Assembly: GCA_018714825.1 (NCBI GenBank)
Contig: DVMU01000205.1
Coordinates: 1-57,502 of the forward strand
DNA: 57,502 bases
Source: Candidatus Pullichristensenella excrementigallinarum
GTDB lineage: Bacteria; Bacillota; Clostridia; Christensenellales; Aristaeellaceae
Direction: 5' to 3'
How positions within the stretch are numbered: the stretch's first letter is position 1; each line of letters starts with the position of its first letter. The notes beneath the pieces were generated by a model. It saw only the letters and a list, made by a program, of their open reading frames with translations, made no database searches and was not told where the DNA came from. The translations under genes were made by a program, and so were the position numbers. Below, one piece after another: positions 1 through 9,572 of this stretch.

Positions 1-50
1 TTCAATAGCGATCCGGTATATATGCTGTCTTTCAGAAAGGAAAATTGTCC

Positions 51-803
51 ATGAGCATCATCAAACCTCAGCATCATGAAATCACGGATCTGAATCTTTC
101 GCCCCAGGAATTTGCCAAGACGCTGGATCACTCGTTTTTGCGCACCTATTTTACCGATCGCGATCTGGACATGTTCTGCGACGATATGAAGAACTATTTC
201 CTCAAATACTGCTCCGTTTCCAGCGGAACGGTCGCTGAAACCGTCAAGCGGCTGAAGGGAACGGATATTCAGGTCGGCGCGGCGATTGCCTTCCCCTTCG
301 GGCGCTTTTGCCCGGAAATCAAGGCGCAGGAATTGGAATTGTCCATCCGGGACGGCGCGGCGTTTTACGACATGGTCGTGGACGTCGCCGCCATCAAGGA
401 ACATAACTGGGATCGCCTGCGGTTCGATATGGAAACCGTGCAAAAGGTGGCCCGCAAATACGACGCTCCGGGCAAGGCCATTCTGGAAACCTGCTATCTG
501 ACGGATGAAGAGATGGTCAAGGCCGCACAGATTGCCGTGGAAGTAGGCATGGATTATGTAAAGACCAGCTCCGGCTATGCGCCCGGCCCCTACAAGCGCG
601 CGACGCAGGATACCAACATCTACGAAATCCGCCTGCTCAAAGATACGGTCGGCCCGGACGTCGGGGTCAAGGCCTCTACGGGTTGCACCAGCTTCGACAT
701 TGCCCTTGCCTATTTCAAGGCAGGCGCGACCCGCATCGGCACCGACATCGCGCCCCAGCTGGTTGCGGAATGCGCGCTGCGCTATAAATACAACAATCCG
801 TAA
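51..803 (+). CDS. deoC: DeoC-family class I aldolase (deoxyribose-phosphate aldolase-like)
   Basis: Lies in ORF 45..803. DeoC-like blocks are LDHSFLR, AFPFG and AILETCYL, with lysine contexts YVKTSSGY and VKASTG. ATG at 51 follows purine-rich GAAAGGAAAA; TTG at 45 is an alternative start. Confidence 0.7.
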   Translation: MSIIKPQHHEITDLNLSPQEFAKTLDHSFLRTYFTDRDLDMFCDDMKNYFLKYCSVSSGTVAETVKRLKGTDIQVGAAIAFPFGRFCPEIKAQELELSIRDGAAFYDMVVDVAAIKEHNWDRLRFDMETVQKVARKYDAPGKAILETCYLTDEEMVKAAQIAVEVGMDYVKTSSGYAPGPYKRATQDTNIYEIRLLKDTVGPDVGVKASTGCTSFDIALAYFKAGATRIGTDIAPQLVAECALRYKYNNP

Positions 804-820
804 TTCTCTCTTGCAAAATT

Positions 821-865
821 GCGCTTTCCGGAGAGTCCGTCGGAGCCTCCGGAAAGCGTTTTTCT
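821..865 (+). terminator. rho-independent terminator after the deoC-like gene
   Basis: 12-bp stem CGCTTTCCGGAG / CTCCGGAAAGCG with a 13-nt loop, followed by TTTTT. Confidence 0.7.
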
Positions 866-868
866 GCA

Positions 869-906
869 TAAAAATCGGCTCCGAAAAAATCGGAGCCGCC
901 CTTTTT
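869..906. terminator. bidirectional hairpin terminator (ends pyrP on the minus strand)
   Basis: 9-bp stem CGGCTCCGA / TCGGAGCCG with an A5 loop. An A-run lies upstream and a T-run downstream, so a U-tract follows the hairpin on either strand. Confidence 0.65.
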
Positions 907-920
907 ACGGGATTTGGAAG

Positions 921-3035
<2,115 letters not shown>

Positions 3036-3040
3036 GAAGC

Positions 3041-3069
3041 ATCATAGTCAAATTTGGGCCTCGCGTCAA
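3041..3069 (-). promoter_or_regulatory. sigma-A type promoter of pyrR-pyrP
   Basis: Minus strand reads TTGACG - 17 nt - TATGAT. Confidence 0.6.
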
Positions 3070-3129
3070 GTTAAATTGTGGCAAATTCGTGTCAAAAGCT
3101 CGCAAAGCCCCGGGTTTTTCCCGCAGGCA

Positions 3130-3158
3130 TTGATTTTGGCGGAAAAATCTTCTATAAT
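3130..3158 (+). promoter_or_regulatory. sigma-A type promoter of degV
   Basis: TTGATT - 17 nt - TATAAT, about 38 nt upstream of the degV start. Confidence 0.6.
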
Positions 3159-3196
3159 AGATTTTGAAATTTGCCGTAAGCGCCCAAGGAGGCCCC

Positions 3197-4063
3197 ATGA
3201 ACCGCCAGAAAATCGCAATCCTTACGGATTCCGGCACCGACGTGCCCCGGGAATACGCCCGTACGCACGACATCTTCATCGTTCCGCTGACAGTGACAAT
3301 CCATGGGCAGACCTTCCTGGACGACGAGCATTTGGATGTACAGACCATCTTTGACGCGCTCCATGAAGGAACGCCGACCACCTCGCTTCCTCCGGGAGAA
3401 ACCATCGAATCCGCCCTGCAAAAAATTCGCGAGGCGGGATATGCGCACCTGTTTATTATCACCATCTCCAGCGGACTGAGCGGCACTTACAACTTGATGC
3501 GGCTTTTGGCGCGGGAGATCGAACATCTTGAATGCCGCCTGCTGGATACTCGAAACATCGGTATCGCCGCAGGGATGACGGTGCTGCGCTGCCGGGAACT
3601 GATCGAGCAGGGCCTGGAGGCGGATCAAATCGAACACATCCTTCGCAAAAGCATTCAGGAAACCAAGGTGTTCTTTTATGTGCCCACTCTGGAATATCTG
3701 GCCAAGGGGGGCAGAATCGGCAAGGTAGCGGCCACATTGGGCACGGCGCTGGGGATTCGGCCCATTATTTCCTGTGATGCAGACGGTTGCTATTTCCCCA
3801 TTAAGAAGCCGCGCGGTCAGGTCAAGGCAATCGCCGCCTGTGTGCAGCTAGCGGTAGAGTACGCGCAGGGCCGCCTCTATAATCTCGCAATCGCGCATGG
3901 CGGCGCGGCGGAGACCGCGCACAAAATCAAGGCGCAGCTCTCCGAATGCATCGCCAACGCCTCGCATTACCTGGAAGGAGTCATCAGTCCTGCGCTGTGC
4001 GTACATACCGGCCCCGGGCTGGTGGGCGTAGCAGTACAACGCCTCGAAGAAACTCGGATCTAA
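3197..4063 (+). CDS. DegV family fatty-acid-binding protein (FakB-like)
   Basis: N-terminus MNRQKIAILTDSGTDVP, with downstream ITISSGLSGTY and YLAKGGRIGK blocks typical of DegV. ATG 3197 is preceded by AGGAGG; the ORF-track start at 3164 is upstream of that RBS. Confidence 0.88.
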   Translation: MNRQKIAILTDSGTDVPREYARTHDIFIVPLTVTIHGQTFLDDEHLDVQTIFDALHEGTPTTSLPPGETIESALQKIREAGYAHLFIITISSGLSGTYNLMRLLAREIEHLECRLLDTRNIGIAAGMTVLRCRELIEQGLEADQIEHILRKSIQETKVFFYVPTLEYLAKGGRIGKVAATLGTALGIRPIISCDADGCYFPIKKPRGQVKAIAACVQLAVEYAQGRLYNLAIAHGGAAETAHKIKAQLSECIANASHYLEGVISPALCVHTGPGLVGVAVQRLEETRI

Positions 4064-4100
4064 ATGCTGTAAACGCAATATTTTATCTCATTAATGATAC

Positions 4101-4130
4101 AGCGCGCCGCGGGAATTTCCGCGGCGCGCT
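4101..4130. terminator. GC-rich hairpin between convergent genes (probable terminator, weak U-tract)
   Basis: Perfect 12-bp stem AGCGCGCCGCGG / CCGCGGCGCGCT with a 6-nt loop, followed by CTTTG on the plus strand. Confidence 0.45.
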
Positions 4131-4152
4131 CTTTGACGATATTTTCTTTTCT

Positions 4153-6666
4153 CTATGCCGTGACGATCTTGCTGGCATCGTGCAGATTGAGCATCTCCAC
4201 GGCATCCTCGCGCATCTTGTACTTGAGGATTTTGCCCGCCGCGTTCATCGGGAATTCCTTGACGAAGCTGAAATATCTCGGGCACTTGTGCTTGGCCAGG
4301 CGCGCCAGAGCGTATTCGCGCAGCTCCTGCTCGGTAACCTGCTGATCCTCCTTGAGGATGATGCAGGCCATAATCTCTTCCCCATATTGCTTATCCGGCA
4401 CGCCGATGACCTGCACGTCTTTGACCGCGGGATGGGTATAGAAGAATTCCTCGATCTCCTTGGGATAGATGTTCTCGCCGCCGCGGATAATCATGTCCTT
4501 GATGCGGCCGGTGATCTTGAAATATCCCTCGGGCGTGCGGCGCGCCACGTCTCCGGAGTGCAGCCAGCCCTCCTCGTCGATGACGGCGGCCGTCGCCTCG
4601 GGCATCTTGTAATAGCCCTTCATGATGTTGTATCCGCGCGCGCAGAACTCGCCGTCCATGTTGTCGGGGAGTTCCTCTCCCGTATCGGGATCGACGATCT
4701 TGCACTCCACCGCAAACATCGCCGCGCCCACGGTATTCACGCGCGTTTCGAGGGAATCCGTGGTCTTGGACATGGTGGTGGCCGGCGAGGCCTCGGTCTG
4801 GCCGTAGGTAATGCAGATTTCGGACATGTGCATCTTGTCCACCACGTCCTGCATGACCTTGACCGGGCAGGGAGAGCCTGCCATGATGCCGGTGCGCATC
4901 CGCGAAAAATCGGTCTTTTCAAAATCCGGATGCTCGAGCATGGCGATGAACATGGTCGGCACGCCGTGGAAGGCCGTGATCGGCTCCTTGCGGATGCATT
5001 CCAGCGACACGCGCGGGGAGAAATACGGGATCGGGCTCATGGTCACCGCGTGCGTCACCGAAGCGGTCATGGCAAGAACCATGCCGAAGCAGTGGAACAT
5101 GGGCACCTGAATCATCATGTGATCGTAATTGGAAAGATCCATGCAATCGCCGATGGCCTTTCCGTTATTGACCACATTGTAATGCGTGAGCATGACGCCC
5201 TTGGGGAATCCGGTGGTTCCGGAAGTATACTGCATGTTGCACACATCGTGCTTGTCGATCTGGCGCGCGCGCTGATAGACCTCGGACATGGGCACATCCT
5301 TGGCCAGCGCCAGAGCGCCCTTCCAGGTAAAGCAGCCCGGCTGCTCGGAATCGCAGGTAATGATATTGCGCAGGTGCGGAAGCCGCTTGCTGAACAGTTC
5401 GCCCGGCGCAGTCGTCTTGAGCTCGGGGCAAATCTCGTTGATGATCTCGACATAATTGGAATCCTTATAGCCGTCGATCATCACCAGCGTGTGCGTGTCC
5501 GACTGGCGGAGCAGGTACTCGGCCTCGTGCACCTTATAAGCGGTGTTCACCGTCACCAGCACCGCGCCGATACGCACCGTGGACCAGAACGTGATAAACC
5601 ACTGGGGAATGTTCGTGGCCCAAATGGCCACATGATCGCCCTTTTTCACGCCCATGGCGATCAGAGCGCGCGCGAATTCGTCCACGTCGTCGCGGAACTG
5701 GGAATAGGTGCGCGTATAGTCGCAGGTCGTATAGCGGAAGGCATACTGATTGGGGAATTCCTTGACCACGCGGTCGAGTACCTCCGGGAAGGTCAGATCA
5801 ATCAGATGCTCCTTGGGCCAGAGATACTTTCCGGTTCCCCGATTGTCGGTCTGCAAACGCTGCGCGGAATACGTCTGCATAAAGTGCGCAAAGTGTGGGA
5901 AGACGATTCCGGCATCCGTCAGATCGGGCATCCAGCGCTTGACCCACTCCAGGGAAATAAAGCCGTCAAAATCATTCGCGGTCAGACAATCGAGCATCGC
6001 ATAGATGGGCAAATCGCCCTCGCCCATCATCTTATAGACAATGCGTCCGTCCTGCACCACGGAATCCTTGGCATGGACGTGGCGAATGTATTTGCCCAGA
6101 TTTTTCACCGTCGTCTCCGGCGATTCGCCAAAGAAGCGATAGGGATGATGGAAATCCCACAGGGCGGCTATCTCGGGACGGTTGACCTTATCCAAAAGCC
6201 GCTTCAGGCGCGCGGTATCTCCATAGACGCCGTTGGTCTCCACCAGCAGCGTTACGCCCGTTCCCTTGGCTCGATCGGCCAATTCCGCCAGATCCCTGGC
6301 GATGCGCTCGTCATCCACTTCCCCTTGAGGTTGCGCGTCGCGGTCGGCCAAAATACGGATATAATTCGTTCCCAACTTTTCCGCCAGTCCGATGGTTTCC
6401 GTAATTTCCAAAAACGCGGCTTCGCGGTCTTCTTCGTCCTTCAGGGAAGTATTGGTGGAAATGCAGGGAATGGTAAGTCGCAAATCGCTCAGCTTCTGGA
6501 TTGTCTGGCCCAGCCGGCGCGGCGTAAACGGCGCGGCGGTCACGGCATGAATGTTGCGGCCAATGCCACGAATCTCAATGCCGTCAAATTGAAAATCCTT
6601 GGCCATGGTGTAGATGTCCACCCAATCGAAATCCGGACATCCGAGCGTGGAAAAAGCGATTCGCAT
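4153..6666 (-). CDS. fusion protein: N-terminal xylose-isomerase-like TIM barrel (sugar phosphate isomerase/epimerase, AP-endonuclease-2 fold) + C-terminal AMP-forming acyl-CoA ligase
   Basis: Single uninterrupted frame. The TIM part (about 5860-6666) has MRIAFSTLGCPDF, FDGIEIRG, LLVETNG, HVHAKD and ISLEW. The ligase part (4153 to about 5815) has YTSGTTGFPKG, YGQTE, GWLHSGD, ITGRIKD and AAGKILK. ATG 6666 follows GGAGGG. The ORF-track extension to 6894 lies upstream of the RBS and promoter. Confidence 0.85.
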   Translation of the reverse strand: MRIAFSTLGCPDFDWVDIYTMAKDFQFDGIEIRGIGRNIHAVTAAPFTPRRLGQTIQKLSDLRLTIPCISTNTSLKDEEDREAAFLEITETIGLAEKLGTNYIRILADRDAQPQGEVDDERIARDLAELADRAKGTGVTLLVETNGVYGDTARLKRLLDKVNRPEIAALWDFHHPYRFFGESPETTVKNLGKYIRHVHAKDSVVQDGRIVYKMMGEGDLPIYAMLDCLTANDFDGFISLEWVKRWMPDLTDAGIVFPHFAHFMQTYSAQRLQTDNRGTGKYLWPKEHLIDLTFPEVLDRVVKEFPNQYAFRYTTCDYTRTYSQFRDDVDEFARALIAMGVKKGDHVAIWATNIPQWFITFWSTVRIGAVLVTVNTAYKVHEAEYLLRQSDTHTLVMIDGYKDSNYVEIINEICPELKTTAPGELFSKRLPHLRNIITCDSEQPGCFTWKGALALAKDVPMSEVYQRARQIDKHDVCNMQYTSGTTGFPKGVMLTHYNVVNNGKAIGDCMDLSNYDHMMIQVPMFHCFGMVLAMTASVTHAVTMSPIPYFSPRVSLECIRKEPITAFHGVPTMFIAMLEHPDFEKTDFSRMRTGIMAGSPCPVKVMQDVVDKMHMSEICITYGQTEASPATTMSKTTDSLETRVNTVGAAMFAVECKIVDPDTGEELPDNMDGEFCARGYNIMKGYYKMPEATAAVIDEEGWLHSGDVARRTPEGYFKITGRIKDMIIRGGENIYPKEIEEFFYTHPAVKDVQVIGVPDKQYGEEIMACIILKEDQQVTEQELREYALARLAKHKCPRYFSFVKEFPMNAAGKILKYKMREDAVEMLNLHDASKIVTA

Positions 6667-6703
6667 AGGTATATTCCCTCCAGTTCCTTGTGGTATGTCA
6701 CTG

Positions 6704-6732
6704 ATTTTAACACTGCTCCAAACCGGAATCAA
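6704..6732 (-). promoter_or_regulatory. sigma-A type promoter (extended -10) of the fusion gene
   Basis: Minus strand reads TTGATT - 17 nt - (TGt)TAAAAT, about 35 nt upstream of ATG 6666. Confidence 0.6.
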
Positions 6733-6901
6733 CCGGCCATAAGTTAAAATCCAAGCATGTCGCATAACAGTTTCTTCATCGAGTACGGGCGGTTTTTCCT
6801 CCCTTTCGAACGCGCGCCCGATTTCCCCGCTCCCCCATCCCTTTTCCAAAAGCATTCTCTTTCCCGATCGCCGCGCGACTTCCTTTGCTCCCATTCTCTT
6901 C

Positions 6902-6930
6902 TTGTGCGCCGGGGAAATTTGTGCTATACT
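6902..6930 (+). promoter_or_regulatory. sigma-A type promoter (extended -10) of zapA-U32-mutS2
   Basis: TTGTGC - 17 nt - (TGc)TATACT. Confidence 0.55.
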
Positions 6931-6957
6931 GCAAACTGGGAAAGCGGGGTGTTATAT

Positions 6958-7227
6958 ATGGAAAAAATCCGTACAACCGTAAAGGTCGCGGGCAAGGAAT
7001 ACACTATTGCCAGCTATGATTCGGAAGCCTATGTGCAGCGCGTGGCCGCGTATGTGGATCGCAAAATCCGCGAGGCGTCCATGGCAACCCGATTGCCGTC
7101 GGCGCAATTGTCGGTGTTGGTTGCGATGAACATCGCCGATGATATGCTCAAGGCGCATGATGAAATTCAGCGCCTCAAAAAGGATTTGGGCGAAACGCGC
7201 AAGCAGCTGGAGGCTTTGAAAAAGTGA
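6958..7227 (+). CDS. zapA: cell division protein ZapA
   Basis: 89 aa. MEKIRTTVKVAGKEYTIASYDSEAYVQRVAAYVDRKI is followed by a C-terminal coiled coil, the typical ZapA layout. The zapA-mutS2 neighbourhood matches Bacillus. The ORF-track start at 6757 is upstream of the promoter. Confidence 0.8.
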   Translation: MEKIRTTVKVAGKEYTIASYDSEAYVQRVAAYVDRKIREASMATRLPSAQLSVLVAMNIADDMLKAHDEIQRLKKDLGETRKQLEALKK

Positions 7228-9569
7228 TGCCATCCGATCTCCCGGCCCCGAACCGGCAAAGCGCCATGGAGCTTTTGGCCCCGGCGGGCGGACGCGAGGC
7301 GCTTTTCGCCGCGGTGGAGTGCGGGGCCGACGCGGTATACCTGGGCGCAAAGGGCTTCAACGCCCGGCGCTCGGCGGATAATTTTGATCAAATTGGCCTC
7401 TCCGAAGCGGTGGAGTATTGTCATCTGCGCGGTGTGCGCGTGCATGTGACGCTCAATACGCTGGTTCGTTCGGACGAGATGGAGGCGCTCTACCGGCAAA
7501 TTGAGGAAATCGCCCGTGCCAATGCGGACGCAGTCATCGTGCAGGATCTGGGCGTTGCCGAGGCGGTGCGGAGGATTGCGCCGGGCCTCTGTCTGCACGC
7601 GAGCACGCAGATGGCCGTTCACAACCGGCAAGGGGTCGATTTTCTCGCGCAATCCGGATTCTCCCGCGCGGTGCTGGCGCGGGAGATGTCCCTTGAGGAA
7701 ATCCGTTCCTGCGCGGGCCGGGGCGTAGAGCTTGAGGTGTTCTGCCATGGAGCGCTGTGCGTCAGCTGTTCGGGGCAATGCCTGTTTTCCAGCCTCGTGG
7801 GCGCGCGCAGCGGCAATCGCGGCATGTGCGCGCAGCCCTGTCGCCTGCGCTATCGCCTGGGGAACGCGGAGGGGTTCCTGCTCTCCCCCAAGGATCTGAT
7901 GCTCTTGGAGCATCTCGGCGCGCTGGAAGCGGCGGGAGTCTCTTCCCTGAAAATCGAGGGACGCCTGAAGCGCCCGGAATATGTGGCCGTGGTGACAGAT
8001 GTCTATCGCCGCGCCCTGGACGGCGGGAATATCTCTCCCGACGATCGGGAGGCGCTTTTGCAGATTTTCAACCGCGGAGGATTTACCGACGGCTATCTGC
8101 GCGGCCTGCGGGACGGGGAATTTCTCTCCACGGAACGTCCCAATCCCATGGGCGTGCGCGTCGGGCAGGGCCTGCGGGGAAGCGTCCGGCTCGATCGGGA
8201 GGTCGAATCTGCGGACGCGCTGGCCCTGCGCCGCCCTGGAGAAGAAGATCTTCCCGTTTCTCTGCGCGGCGCGTCCGGCGAAATTGTTCCCTGTCCCGAG
8301 GCGCGCCCCGGCGATACGCTCTGGCGCCTGACCAGCCGGCGTCAACTCGCCCAGGCGCGCCTCTGCCTGGAGCATCCCCGGAGGCAGGTTCCCGTTCGGG
8401 CGCGTCTGACCTGCAAGATCGGCCGTCCGGCGGAATTGACCGTACTGCAGGGAGAGGCTTCTTTCTCCGCCATGGGCGAGATCGTCTCCCGGGCGGAAAA
8501 GCATCCGCTGGATCTCCTGCGCTGCAAAGAACAATTGATGAAGACCGGCGGCACGCCCTATCGAATGGAAGCCGTGGAAATCGATGCGGACGCGTGGGCC
8601 TTTCTGCCCCTTTCGCAGATCAACGCCCTGCGGCGCGACGCGCTGGACGGCCTGTCCGAAGTCCGGCTGCGCCCCTATCGCCAGCCGGTTTTTCCCGAAG
8701 CGGCGCCCTCCCTTGCATGGGCGGAACCTCGCTGCGCGCAAACCCCTATTCTGATCGCGCGCTCGGGCGACGCAGAACAATTGCTCGCGGCGCTGGAAGC
8801 GGGCGCGGAGGAAATTGTCTTCCAGCCATGGGACCTCCGTCCGGCGGCGCTGGAAAGCGCATTGCGGATTCTGGAAGGCCATCCGTTCGCGCTGGCGCTT
8901 CCGCAGGTCGCCTCCGAAAAAACCCTGGACGCGCTTTTTTCCTGGGCGCGCCTGCATCGGGATCGCATTGTCGCCACCTATCTTTCCAACGTCGCCCATC
9001 TTTCGATGGATTGGCCGGGAGAGCGGCGGGGAGACTATGGGCTGAATCTGACCAATTCGCTTGCCGTCGAGCAGGCAAAACTTCGGCGGTATCTTCCTTC
9101 CCTGGAATTGACTTCGCGGCAAATCGCCGCTCTGCCCGGGGAAAAGGAACTCTGGGTCTACGGCCGCGTTCCCCTGATGCAGCTTCGGCATTGTCCCCTG
9201 CGCGCCCAACGGGGCGACGCGGGTGCCCATGCGTCCTGCCGCTTCTGTGATAAGGCCGCGCCGGAGGAAACCTGCGATCGCCAGGTTCTCCTCGATCGCC
9301 GCAACGCGCGCTTCCCGCTGCGCCGTATCGCCTCCGAGGAGGGGTGTGTGGTACAGGTGCTCAACTCGGTGGCGCACTTCTGCCTGCGAAGGCAGCTTTG
9401 TCCGTCCCGGGCCTGGCAAATTTCCTTCTGCCCGGATGAAGATGTGCGAGCGCTCACCCTCCTGCACAGAACCGCGCTGGACGGCGGCGATTTCCGCGCG
9501 CTCCCCGAATGGCGCGATCTGGAAAATATCGCGTTTACCACGGGGCATTACTTCCGAGGAGTGGAATAA
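7224..9569 (+). CDS. U32 family peptidase-like protein (collagenase/RlhA-TrhP family)
   Basis: U32 N-terminal signature MELLAPAGGREALFAAVECGADAVYLG, plus a Cys-rich block CHGALCVSCSGQCLFSS and the EGR motif region. The start overlaps the zapA stop (GTGATG). Confidence 0.85.
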   Translation: MMPSDLPAPNRQSAMELLAPAGGREALFAAVECGADAVYLGAKGFNARRSADNFDQIGLSEAVEYCHLRGVRVHVTLNTLVRSDEMEALYRQIEEIARANADAVIVQDLGVAEAVRRIAPGLCLHASTQMAVHNRQGVDFLAQSGFSRAVLAREMSLEEIRSCAGRGVELEVFCHGALCVSCSGQCLFSSLVGARSGNRGMCAQPCRLRYRLGNAEGFLLSPKDLMLLEHLGALEAAGVSSLKIEGRLKRPEYVAVVTDVYRRALDGGNISPDDREALLQIFNRGGFTDGYLRGLRDGEFLSTERPNPMGVRVGQGLRGSVRLDREVESADALALRRPGEEDLPVSLRGASGEIVPCPEARPGDTLWRLTSRRQLAQARLCLEHPRRQVPVRARLTCKIGRPAELTVLQGEASFSAMGEIVSRAEKHPLDLLRCKEQLMKTGGTPYRMEAVEIDADAWAFLPLSQINALRRDALDGLSEVRLRPYRQPVFPEAAPSLAWAEPRCAQTPILIARSGDAEQLLAALEAGAEEIVFQPWDLRPAALESALRILEGHPFALALPQVASEKTLDALFSWARLHRDRIVATYLSNVAHLSMDWPGERRGDYGLNLTNSLAVEQAKLRRYLPSLELTSRQIAALPGEKELWVYGRVPLMQLRHCPLRAQRGDAGAHASCRFCDKAAPEETCDRQVLLDRRNARFPLRRIASEEGCVVQVLNSVAHFCLRRQLCPSRAWQISFCPDEDVRALTLLHRTALDGGDFRALPEWRDLENIAFTTGHYFRGVE

Positions 9570-9572
9570 ACC

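Noticed and set aside
3946-6747. A 933-aa plus-strand ORF opposite the TIM-barrel/ligase fusion gene.
   Set aside because: This is the same codon-aligned antisense shadow effect. The sequence is low-complexity and Arg/His/Gly-rich. The minus-strand frame carries all ANL-ligase core motifs.
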